NCBI GenBank assembly: GCA_963725865.1 | Contig: CAVSAC010000012.1 | Coordinates: forward strand, 832,001 to 896,000 | Direction of reading: 5' to 3' | DNA: 64,000 bases | Source: Candidatus Eiseniibacteriota bacterium | GTDB lineage: Bacteria > Eisenbacteria > RBG-16-71-46 | In this document: positions 28,878-37,181 of the stretch, piece by piece | Layout of the letters: each line of letters opens with the position of its first letter | Numbering within the stretch: position 1 is the stretch's first letter | Position numbers and translations under genes: made by a program | The notes under the pieces: generated by a model | What the model was told of the DNA's origin: nothing | What the model saw: only the letters and a program-made list of their open reading frames with translations | The model's database searches: none

Positions 28878-30272
28878 ATGAAGACCTCGGTGCTGGTGGT
28901 CGATGACGAGCTGCTCATCCGCAAGTCGCTGTCAAAGGTGATGCGGGCGCGCGGTTACACCGTCGAGCTGGCGAGCACCGGGGCGGAGGGGCTCGAGAAG
29001 GTCCGCGAGGTGCGCCCGCAGGTCATGATCCTCGACATGCGCCTGCCCGACACCGACGGGCTCTCGGTGCTCCGGCGCGCCCGGGAAGTCGACCCGCTGC
29101 TCCAGGTGGTGCTCATCACCGCGTACGGCGACGTGCAGTCCGCGGTCGACGCGATGAAACTCGGGGCCTGCGACTTCCTGCGGAAACCCTACGAGATGGA
29201 GGACATCGTCCTCGCGGTGGAGTCGGCGAGCCGCCACTTCCGCCAGGCGAGCGAGCTCGACCTGTATCGCCGCCAGGCGTGGAGCCACTGGACGGGTGAG
29301 GAGATCATCGGCGCCTCCGGGCCCATGCACGAAGTGCGCGACCTGATCGAGAAGGTGGTGCGCAGTCAGGCCACCTCGGTGCTCATCACGGGCGAGAGCG
29401 GGACCGGCAAGGAGCTGGTCGCCCGAGCGATCCACTACCGCAGCGATCGCGCACAGCAGCCGCTGATGGAGGTGAACTGCTCGTCGTTCCACGAGAGTCT
29501 GCTCGAGAACGAGCTGTTCGGCCACGAGCGAGGCGCCTTCACCGACGCGACGGACACCAAGAAGGGCCTGGTGGAGCTGTGCGACGGCGGGACACTGTTC
29601 CTGGACGAGGTCGCGGACATGCCCATGCCGACCCAGGCGAAGCTGCTCCGATTCATCGACCATCGCAGCTTCAAGCGGGTGGGTGGCGCCCAGGACATCG
29701 CGGTCGACATCCGGATTGTGGCTGCAACCAACAAGGACCTCGACCTCGAGGTGCGGTCGGGCCGATTCCGCAGCGACCTGTTCTTCCGTCTGAAGGTGGT
29801 GAGCATCCATCTGCCCGCGCTGCGGGAGCGGGACGACGACATCCTGCTGCTGGCGCAGCACTTCATCCGCGAGTTCTCGCGCAAGTTCCAGAAGAACTTC
29901 GCCACGATCCGCCCCGAGGCCGCCCAGGCCATGTTGTCCTATGCGTGGCCGGGAAACGTGCGCGAGCTCAAGAACCTCGTCGAGCGCGTCGTGCTGCTCG
30001 AGGAGGGCGAGGCGATCGCGCTCGAGCACTTGTCCTCGGAGATCCTCGGCCGTGGCGCCGCGTCGAGTGGTGCACCGCGCAATGCGGTGCCGGACTCGAT
30101 CTCGCTCCCAACGCTCGCGCAGATCGAAGCCGATCACATCAGCGAGGTGATGCGACTCGTGGCCGGCAACAAGAGCCGTGCGGCGCGCGTGCTCGGCATC
30201 TCGCGGCAGGGACTGATCGAGAAGCTTCGCCGCCTGCGGCTCGAGGAAGAGGTGGGACGTCAAGTATCTTGA
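28878..30272 (+). CDS. Sigma54-dependent response regulator (NtrC/AtoC family)
   Basis: Receiver VVDDE/LD/T/KP; GESGTGKE, ELFGHERGAFTDA, FLDE, WPGNVREL; Fis-type HTH GNKSRAARVLGISR. Confidence 0.95.
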   Translation: MKTSVLVVDDELLIRKSLSKVMRARGYTVELASTGAEGLEKVREVRPQVMILDMRLPDTDGLSVLRRAREVDPLLQVVLITAYGDVQSAVDAMKLGACDFLRKPYEMEDIVLAVESASRHFRQASELDLYRRQAWSHWTGEEIIGASGPMHEVRDLIEKVVRSQATSVLITGESGTGKELVARAIHYRSDRAQQPLMEVNCSSFHESLLENELFGHERGAFTDATDTKKGLVELCDGGTLFLDEVADMPMPTQAKLLRFIDHRSFKRVGGAQDIAVDIRIVAATNKDLDLEVRSGRFRSDLFFRLKVVSIHLPALRERDDDILLLAQHFIREFSRKFQKNFATIRPEAAQAMLSYAWPGNVRELKNLVERVVLLEEGEAIALEHLSSEILGRGAASSGAPRNAVPDSISLPTLAQIEADHISEVMRLVAGNKSRAARVLGISRQGLIEKLRRLRLEEEVGRQVS

Positions 30273-30362
30273 CACCCACAAGGAAGTGGACACCTTCGCT
30301 TAATCTTCACTCCGACAAGCGATTGACAGCTCGCTCCGAGCTAACGTCCAACAATCTTGACA
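30259..30362. promoter_or_regulatory. Candidate enhancer (upstream activator) sites
   Basis: Palindrome GTCAAG-TAT-CTTGAC (30259-30273) plus related CACAAG..GTGGAC, GACAAG..TTGAC and GTCCAA..CTTGAC in an unusually AT-rich stretch. Confidence 0.55.
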
Positions 30363-30484
30363 GTTAGATCGCTTCCAAGAGTGCGGCCGCGTGAGTTCCG
30401 GTCATCGCTATCGCGTCGTGAGATCCGGCCATCGCTTTGATGCTGTTCAACATGCGGCGCTGTGTCCGACGGTCTCGCGGTGTG

Positions 30485-30500
30485 TGGCATGCGAGGTGCA
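30485..30500 (+). promoter_or_regulatory. sigma54 (-24/-12) promoter
   Basis: TGGCATGCGAGGTGCA: GG-N10-GC, close to consensus TGGCACG-N4-TTGCW. Confidence 0.7.
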
Positions 30501-30636
30501 TGTATCCACGGCGAGGCCACGCGGGGCACTCGGGAGCCCCGTTGAAGGCCGCCCGGCCGCATATGGCGGCGCCCAATGAGACGACTGGCCTGACGGTCGG
30601 TCGAACGGAAGCTGAATCGCAAGGAGGTGATCCGGA

Positions 30637-30705
30637 ATGGCTGCCAAGAAGAAGGCTGCGAAGAAGAAGGCCACGAAGAAGAAGGCTGCGAAGAAGAAGA
30701 AGTAA
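30637..30705 (+). CDS. 22-aa Lys/Ala-rich histone-H1-like micro-protein MAAKKKAAKKKATKKKAAKKKK
   Basis: Perfect SD AAGGAGGTGA at 30621-30630, ATG at 30637, 13 Lys all coded AAG, TAA stop; too short for the ORF track. Confidence 0.8.
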   Translation: MAAKKKAAKKKATKKKAAKKKK

Positions 30706-30734
30706 CTGCAGCGACAACTGGACCTGGCACGTCC

Positions 30735-30769
30735 TCGGGGATCGACTGACGCGAGTCGTCGATCCCCGA
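30735..30769 (+). terminator. Strong hairpin after the micro-ORF (terminator-like, weak U-tract)
   Basis: TCGGGGATCGAC...GTCGATCCCCGA 12-bp stem with an inner GAC-GCGA-GTC tetraloop. Confidence 0.6.
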
Positions 30770-30929
30770 ATGTTGACCCTCCGCTCGCGTCCCCCGCGCG
30801 AGGGCGAGGGGAGCTCCGTCGAATTTGATCCCGGAGCGCTCCCCGCTGGGGTCGCGACCGGCACCAGCCGGCTCTGCGACGAAGCAGAGCTGGGGGTCGC
30901 CAGGGCAGGCGAGGAACCTCAGTTCTCTA

Positions 30930-30971
30930 GCATGCGGCTCACCCACGGATGGGCGAGCCGCATGCGCTTTT
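30930..30971 (+). terminator. Hairpin followed by a T-run upstream of uvrA
   Basis: GCATGCGGCTC-ACCCACGGATGGGC-GAGCCGCATGC then GCTTTT. Confidence 0.5.
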
Positions 30972-31038
30972 CGCCCTCGCCGCGTGTGCTACGGTGCTCG
31001 TCCACGGCCGTTCCCGCTCACCCCATCCCGAGCCCACG

Positions 31039-33927
31039 TTGAACGACGCCCCGTTCCCGCCGGATGTGATCGCCATCCGCGGAGCCCGCCAGCACAATCT
31101 GCGGAATCTCGACCTCGACTTGCCCCGCGGCCGTCTCACCGTCATCACCGGGGTCTCGGGGTCGGGCAAGTCCTCGCTCGCATTCGACACGCTCTATGCC
31201 GAGGGCCAACGCCGCTACGTCGAGTCGGTGTCGGCCTACGCGCGACAGTTCCTCGAACGGTTGGCGCGTCCCGACGTGGACCTGATTCACGGGCTCACGC
31301 CCGCGGTGGCCATCCAGCAGGCTGCTCCCGCGCGCAGTGCGCGCTCGACCGTCGGGACCGCGACCGAGGTGTTCGACCACCTGCGACTGCTGTTCGCGCG
31401 CCTGGGCACCGTGCACTGCACGGCCTGCGATCACGTGGTGCGGGCGGACGACCCGAGCTCGATCGCCCGCGAGGCCGAGGAGTGGGCGGCCGGCGAATCG
31501 CTGCTGGTCCTGGCCCCGGTCGCGCGCTCGGAACGACTGGCGTGGGAACAGCAGGCGGCCGACCTGTTGCGCGCGGGCTTCACGCGCATCCATGTCGCGG
31601 GGGAGATCACTTCGCTGGAACCGCTGCCCCGGTTGCCGCGCGGGACCGACTTGGTGCAGGTCGTGATCGACCGCTTCACCTGGCGTCCCGATGAGCGCGC
31701 GCGTCTGGTGGAGAGCTGCGAGGCGGCGTTCCGCCGCGGAGAAGGGCGGCTCGAACTGGTCCATGGCGCGGGCGCGCCCGAGCGTCGGAGCGAGCGCTGG
31801 GAATGTTCCGCCTGCGGCACGGCCGCGCTGCGCCCCGAGCCCGCGCTGTTCTCGTTCAACAGCCCGCTCGGCGTCTGCCCCACCTGCCGTGGATTCGGGG
31901 ACGTGCTCACGTTCGCGCCCGACCTGATCGTGCCGGACCCCACGCGCACGCTGCGCCAGGGCGCGCTCGACCCGTGGGCCCGGTCCTGGCGCTCGGTGGC
32001 CTGGCCGCGGCTCGAGAAGCTCGCCCGCGAGCGCGGGATCCCGCTCGACGTGGCGTGGGAGCGCCTGAGCGACGAGCATCGGACGCTGTTGATGGAGGGT
32101 GGCGAGGGCTTCCGCGGGGCGATCCCGTTCCTGCAGCGTCTGCAGCAGAAGTCTTACAAGGCGGGCAACCGCTTCATCGTGAAGCGCTACCAGACCGCGC
32201 GCTCCTGCCCGACGTGCGGGGGCGCGCGGCTGCGCGCCGAAGCGCTCCATGTGCGGCTGGCCGGGCGCTCCATCGCCGAGGTCGGTGCGATGACTGTGGC
32301 GGCGTCCGCGCGCTACGTCGCAGGTCTCGAGTTCGCGCCCTCCGAGCGCGCGATCGCCGGCCCCGTGCTGGACGAGCTGCACGCCCGGCTCGGGTTCCTG
32401 GAGCGTGTCGACCTGGGCTACCTGACCCTGGACCGGCTGACGCGGACGCTTTCGGGCGGCGAGGCGCAGCGGATCGAGCTGGCGAACGCGCTCGGGGCGC
32501 GGCTGGCGGACACGCTCTACGTGCTCGACGAGCCCACCGTGGGTCTCCACCCGCGCGACACCGAGCGGCTGGTGGAGATCCTGCGCGAGCTCGCGGAGCG
32601 CGGGAACACGGTCGTCGTGGTCGAGCACGAGCCGCTCGTGATCCGCGCCGCGGCCCACCTGATCGATCTCGGCCCGGGCGCGGGTGAGCAGGGCGGGCGC
32701 CTGCTCTACGCGGGCCCCGCCGGCGACGCGTTGGCTGGGGTCGCGACCGAGACCGCGCGTTACCTGCGCGGCGAGAAGCAGGTCACGCGCGCGCGGGTGG
32801 GTGGCGCGCCGGGGGCCGTGATCGAGGTGCTGGGCGCCGCCCACCACAACCTGCAGGACGTGGACGCGCGCTTCCCGCTCGGGCGGCTGACCGCGGTCAC
32901 GGGCGTGTCGGGCTCGGGCAAGAGCAGCCTCGTGGAGGAGATCCTCTACCGCGCCGCCCGCAAGCGGTTCGACCAGCGCGAGGAGGAGCCGGTCGGCGCC
33001 CACGGCGCCGTGCACGGCCTCGAGCACCTGCGGCGCGTCGCGCTGGTCGACCAGTCGCCGATCGGCCGCACGCCGCGCTCGTGTCCGGTCACCTACCTCG
33101 GCGCCTTCGCCGCGCTGCGCGAGGTGTACGCGCGACAGCCGGCCGCGCTGGCGCGCGGCCTCAAGGACGGCGCGTTCTCGTTCAACACCCCGGGCGGCCG
33201 CTGCGAGACGTGCGAAGGGGCCGGCTGGGTGACGGTCGAGATGTACTTCCTGGCCGACCTCCTGGTGCCGTGCGAGACCTGCGGCGGCGATCGCTTCCGG
33301 CGCGAGGTGCTCGAGGTGCGCTATCGGGGCTTGAACATCCGCGAGACGCTCGACCTCACGGTCGACCAGGCGTTCGCGCACTTCGCGACCGAGCCGCGGT
33401 TCACGCGCGCGCTGCACATCCTGCGGCGGGTCGGGCTCGGCTACCTGCGCCTCGGCCAGCCCGCGAGCCAGCTGTCGGGCGGCGAGGCGCAGCGGCTCAA
33501 GGTGGCGCGCGAACTCTCCGAGCGCTCCGCCGGGCCGACGCTCTACCTGCTCGACGAGCCGACGGTAGGCCTGCACTACGCCGACGTGCAGCGATTGCTC
33601 GAGGTGCTCGATGACCTGGTGGCGCGCGGGGACACCGTGATCGTGGTGGAGCACAACCTCGACGTGATCCGCAACTGCGACTGGCTCGTGGACCTCGGCC
33701 CCGGCGGCGGCGACGCGGGCGGCCACCTGGTCGCGGAGGGTCCGCCCGAGGTCGTCGCGGCCTGTGAGGCGTCGTGGACCGGACGGTTCCTGCGCGCGGC
33801 GGGAGTGGTCCCGGGCCGGACGCCACCGTCCGTACCGGCGCCGGCGCGGCCCGCCCGCCCGCCCCGGCCGTCCCGCTCGCGCGTGCCCGCGCCGGGGCGC
33901 CGCCGCGGTGTCGCCCGCCCGCGTTGA
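31039..33927 (+). CDS. uvrA: Excinuclease ABC subunit A (start approximate)
   Basis: [46 protein letters not shown], two LSGGEAQR motifs, second Walker A, zinc fingers. Confidence 0.96.
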   Translation: MNDAPFPPDVIAIRGARQHNLRNLDLDLPRGRLTVITGVSGSGKSSLAFDTLYAEGQRRYVESVSAYARQFLERLARPDVDLIHGLTPAVAIQQAAPARSARSTVGTATEVFDHLRLLFARLGTVHCTACDHVVRADDPSSIAREAEEWAAGESLLVLAPVARSERLAWEQQAADLLRAGFTRIHVAGEITSLEPLPRLPRGTDLVQVVIDRFTWRPDERARLVESCEAAFRRGEGRLELVHGAGAPERRSERWECSACGTAALRPEPALFSFNSPLGVCPTCRGFGDVLTFAPDLIVPDPTRTLRQGALDPWARSWRSVAWPRLEKLARERGIPLDVAWERLSDEHRTLLMEGGEGFRGAIPFLQRLQQKSYKAGNRFIVKRYQTARSCPTCGGARLRAEALHVRLAGRSIAEVGAMTVAASARYVAGLEFAPSERAIAGPVLDELHARLGFLERVDLGYLTLDRLTRTLSGGEAQRIELANALGARLADTLYVLDEPTVGLHPRDTERLVEILRELAERGNTVVVVEHEPLVIRAAAHLIDLGPGAGEQGGRLLYAGPAGDALAGVATETARYLRGEKQVTRARVGGAPGAVIEVLGAAHHNLQDVDARFPLGRLTAVTGVSGSGKSSLVEEILYRAARKRFDQREEEPVGAHGAVHGLEHLRRVALVDQSPIGRTPRSCPVTYLGAFAALREVYARQPAALARGLKDGAFSFNTPGGRCETCEGAGWVTVEMYFLADLLVPCETCGGDRFRREVLEVRYRGLNIRETLDLTVDQAFAHFATEPRFTRALHILRRVGLGYLRLGQPASQLSGGEAQRLKVARELSERSAGPTLYLLDEPTVGLHYADVQRLLEVLDDLVARGDTVIVVEHNLDVIRNCDWLVDLGPGGGDAGGHLVAEGPPEVVAACEASWTGRFLRAAGVVPGRTPPSVPAPARPARPPRPSRSRVPAPGRRRGVARPR

Positions 33928-33961
33928 GCACCGCCTGGCGCGGTGGGATGCTGCCGCCGCC

Positions 33962-35410
33962 ATGACCGCCACCTACCGGGGCGCCATTCAACTCGACGCG
34001 TATCGCTGGATGCTGCCGCAGGAGGGCGGCATGCGAGTGCCGGGCGTGCTGTTCGCGGACCGTCCGTTGCTCGAGCGCATGCTCGACGATCGCACGCCCG
34101 AGCAGGTGCGCAACGCCGCGCACCTGCCCGGCATCCTGGTGGCCTCGATCGCGATGCCCGACGCGCACTGGGGCTACGGACTGCCGGTGGGGGGCGTGGT
34201 GGCGACCGATCCCGGCGACGGCGTGGTCTCGCCCGGCGCCGTGGGCTACGACATCGGCTGTGGCGTGCGCCTGCTGCGCACGCGGCTCGCCTACGCCGAG
34301 CTCGCCCCGCACCTCGATGCGCTCGCCGACGCGCTCCATCGCGAGGTGCCGTGCGGCGTGGGCTCCTCCGGGGCGGTGAGCGTTTCGAAGCCCGAGCTCG
34401 ACCGCGTCCTGCGCGAGGGTGCGCGGTGGGCGGTGGGCCGCGGCATGGGCAACGCGAGTGACCTCGAGCACTGCGAGGAAGCCGGCGTGCTCGCCGACGC
34501 CGACCCGCGCGCCGTGAGCGAGTCCGCGCACGAACGAGGCCGCGGCCAGCTCGGCACGCTGGGCTCGGGCAACCATTTCCTCGAGGTTCAGCAGGTCGAT
34601 GCGATCTACGACGAACGCGGCGCCGCGGCGCTGGGGCTGGCGGCGGGCGACGTGACGGTGATGATCCACTGCGGCTCGCGGGGCCTCGGCCACCAGGTCT
34701 GTACCGACTACGTGCGCGATGTCCTGGGCAAGCTGGCCGGCTGGGGGATCGTGCTGCCCGACCGCCAGCTGGCGTGCGCGCCGCTGCGCTCGAGCGAGGC
34801 GCGCGAGTACCTCGGCGCGATGCGCGCCGCGGCAAACTTCGCCTGGGCCAACCGGCAGTGCATCGCCGACGGCGTGCGGCGCGCGTTCGAGCGCACGCTG
34901 AAGCGCGGCCCGGGCACGTTGGGGATGTCGCTGCTCTACGACGTCGCGCACAACATCGCCAAGTTCGAGACCCACACCATCGACGGGGATCAGGTCCGCT
35001 GCCTGGTGCATCGCAAAGGCGCCACGCGCGCCTTCCCGCCCGGACACCCGGAGGTGCCCGCCGCCTACCGCGCCGTTGGTCAGCCGGTGCTGGTTCCGGG
35101 GGACATGGGGCGCTATTCGTTTCTGCTGCTCGGCGCGCCCGGCTCGATGGTGCACGCCTTCGGCTCGTCCTGTCACGGCGCCGGGCGCCAGATGAGTCGC
35201 ACCCAGGCGGTGCGGGAGACGCGCGGACGCGACCTGGTGGCGGAACTGCGCGAGCGCGGGGTGGTGGTGCGTTACGAGGGCCGCGACACGCTGCGCGAAG
35301 AGACCAGCGAGGCGTACAAGGACGTCGCCGACGTGGTGCGCGTGGTCGCGGGCGCCGATCTCGCCCGCCCGGTGGCACGCCTGCGGCCGTTCATCGTGGT
35401 GAAAGGATGA
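33962..35410 (+). CDS. rtcB: RNA-splicing/repair ligase RtcB
   Basis: [59 protein letters not shown]-terminal KG. Confidence 0.96.
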   Translation: MTATYRGAIQLDAYRWMLPQEGGMRVPGVLFADRPLLERMLDDRTPEQVRNAAHLPGILVASIAMPDAHWGYGLPVGGVVATDPGDGVVSPGAVGYDIGCGVRLLRTRLAYAELAPHLDALADALHREVPCGVGSSGAVSVSKPELDRVLREGARWAVGRGMGNASDLEHCEEAGVLADADPRAVSESAHERGRGQLGTLGSGNHFLEVQQVDAIYDERGAAALGLAAGDVTVMIHCGSRGLGHQVCTDYVRDVLGKLAGWGIVLPDRQLACAPLRSSEAREYLGAMRAAANFAWANRQCIADGVRRAFERTLKRGPGTLGMSLLYDVAHNIAKFETHTIDGDQVRCLVHRKGATRAFPPGHPEVPAAYRAVGQPVLVPGDMGRYSFLLLGAPGSMVHAFGSSCHGAGRQMSRTQAVRETRGRDLVAELRERGVVVRYEGRDTLREETSEAYKDVADVVRVVAGADLARPVARLRPFIVVKG

Positions 35411-35491
35411 GGACCTGACTCGGCGTCGCGCCGGCGCGGCGCGCGGATCACTCGCCCCGGTGGCCGCGCGTCCCGCGCGCCCGCGGGCCGC

Positions 35492-36406
35492 TCAGCCTTC
35501 GATCACCGCGGCCGCGAGCGCATCGGGCAGCGCACGCTCACGCGCGAGGGTGGCCGACTCGGTCGGCCCCAGCACGCCATCTTCCACCACGATCCCTCGC
35601 AGCAGCGGCAGCGGCACCAGCTCGAAGTAGACGTTGCGCGGACGCACGCCTTCGCCGGGCGTCTCCCACACCTCGCCGGGCGGCATCTCGGGGATGCGCA
35701 GCGCGGCGGTCGCCGCGGGCAGGAAGCGACGGCGGGACGCGAGCGCGTACACCGGCACCGAGTGCTCGCGCGCCGCCAGGGCGGCCGCGAAGGAACCCAC
35801 CTTGTTGAGCACCCCGTGCTCGGTCACGGCGTCGGCTCCGATCCACACCATGCGGGCCTGCGACAGCAGCAGCGGAAGCGCGGCGTCGACCACCAGCCAG
35901 GTCGGCAGCCCCGCCGCGGCCAGCGTCGCGGCCAGGGAGCGGCCCTCGAAGCCGGGTCGGCTCTCGGCCACGATCACGCGCGGTGCGCGCCCGACGCGCT
36001 GGGCCTCGAGCAGCGCCGCGCGCACCGTGCCGCTCTCGGAGAGCGTCGCGATCCAGGGCTCGGGCCGGTCGAGCAGCTGCACTGCCTGCTGCGCCGCGGC
36101 CGCCTGGGTGGCGGCGAGGTCGTCCCGTTCCGCGCGGCAGGACTCGGCGAGATGCGTGCGCAGGTCGGCCACGCCATCGCCGCGCGCCATGCCGGTGAGC
36201 GCGACATCGAGCGCGCGCGCCGCCAGCTGGTGCACCAGGGCCATCGCCGGCTGCGCGGCCTGCGCGGCGCGCAGCCACGCCAGCAGGGCGGCCTGCAGCG
36301 TCGCGGCGTCGCGCGAGCGGTCGGTCGCGGCCCAGCGCTCGAGCTCGTCGAGGAAGGCGCGGGCCACCCCGCTCGAGCCCGAGCCGCGATCCGCTGCGAA
36401 TCCCAT
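35492..36406 (-). CDS. eIF-2B alpha/delta-like (IF-2B family) protein
   Basis: DRGSGS, TLSESGTV, ESRPGFEG, GADAV...VLNKVGS...ALAA, NVYFE motifs of the IF-2B family. Confidence 0.85.
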   Translation of the reverse strand: MGFAADRGSGSSGVARAFLDELERWAATDRSRDAATLQAALLAWLRAAQAAQPAMALVHQLAARALDVALTGMARGDGVADLRTHLAESCRAERDDLAATQAAAAQQAVQLLDRPEPWIATLSESGTVRAALLEAQRVGRAPRVIVAESRPGFEGRSLAATLAAAGLPTWLVVDAALPLLLSQARMVWIGADAVTEHGVLNKVGSFAAALAAREHSVPVYALASRRRFLPAATAALRIPEMPPGEVWETPGEGVRPRNVYFELVPLPLLRGIVVEDGVLGPTESATLARERALPDALAAAVIEG

Positions 36407-36415
36407 CAGTTCCCG

Positions 36416-37168
36416 CTACTTGACGAGCAGCTGCTTCAGCCAGAGCACGGTGGTCTGGCGGCCGAGCTCGCCGAACGCCTCGGTGAGCGGGATCTCCTTC
36501 GGGCACACCTCGACGCAGTTCTGGGCGTTGCCGCAGTCCGCCAGCCCGCCGCGGCCCATGATGGCCTGCAGGCGCTCCGCCGCGTTCATGCGGCCAGTCG
36601 GGTGCGCGTTGAACAGCCGCACCTGGGCGATCGGGGCCGGGCCGATGAAGTCCGACCGGTCGTTGTACTGCGGGCACGCCTCCATGCAGCAGCCGCAGGT
36701 CATGCAACGCGAGAACAGGTAGGCCTCGGCGGCCTCGGTCGCCGCCAGCTTGGGCCCCGGCCCGAGGTCGTACGTCCCGTCGATCGGGATCCACGCCTGG
36801 ACCTGCTTGAGCGCCTCGAACATCGGCTTGCGATCCACCACGAGATCGCGCACCACCGGGAACTTGGTGAGCGGCTCGAGCGTGATCGGTCCCTCGGGCA
36901 GCTGGTCGATCAGCGCGGTGCAGGATTGGCGCGGGCGTCCATTGATGCGCATGGTGCACGCGCCGCAGACCTCCTCGAGGCAGGAGGAGTCCCAGGTCAC
37001 GGGGGTGGTGGTCCGACCGTCCCTGGTGACCGGGTGTTTGCGGACGTCCATCAGGCAGGAGATGACGTTCATCCCGGCGCGGTAGGGGAGCGAGAACTCC
37101 TCCCAGCGGGGCGACGCCGAGGGCCCGTCCTGGCGGCGGATCCTGAGTTCGATCGTCGTGCGGGGCAT
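36416..37168 (-). CDS. sdhB: Succinate dehydrogenase iron-sulfur subunit
   Basis: CLEEVCGAC, RDLVVDR, CMTCGCCMEACP, CGNAQNCVEVCPK (Bacillus type). Confidence 0.96.
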   Translation of the reverse strand: MPRTTIELRIRRQDGPSASPRWEEFSLPYRAGMNVISCLMDVRKHPVTRDGRTTTPVTWDSSCLEEVCGACTMRINGRPRQSCTALIDQLPEGPITLEPLTKFPVVRDLVVDRKPMFEALKQVQAWIPIDGTYDLGPGPKLAATEAAEAYLFSRCMTCGCCMEACPQYNDRSDFIGPAPIAQVRLFNAHPTGRMNAAERLQAIMGRGGLADCGNAQNCVEVCPKEIPLTEAFGELGRQTTVLWLKQLLVK

Positions 37169-37181
37169 CGCGTCCTCCGTC

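Noticed and set aside
30570..30612. Hammerhead-like look (AATGAG-stem-GAAC)
   Set aside because: The core CUGANGA and GAAA are not present.
30725..30740. TGGCACG perfect -24 box after the micro-ORF
   Set aside because: No GC at the -12 position.
30776..30971. 6S RNA, tmRNA, RNase P or SRP identity for the hairpin array
   Set aside because: No tRNA-like ends, no GAGGAAAGUCC, no SRP loop motif, and local hairpins instead of one long rod.
30437..31042. 201-aa ORF containing PRRRLRRRRPRRRRLRRRR, and the antisense FFFAA ORF (30447-30674)
   Set aside because: Other frames of the lysine repeat; only the 30637 ATG has an SD, and the long ORF runs through the promoter and hairpins.
33936..33952. 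Possible sigma54 promoter for rtcB (TGGCGCGGTGGGATGCT)
   Set aside because: GG-to-GC spacing is 11 nt, not the required 10.
31018..33972. Long antisense and alternate-frame ORFs (also 5284-8613, 10817-13585, 11071-13671, 42498-45182, 56623-58539)
   Set aside because: Stop-poor shadows of real genes caused by high GC3; Arg/Ala/Pro-rich with no motifs.
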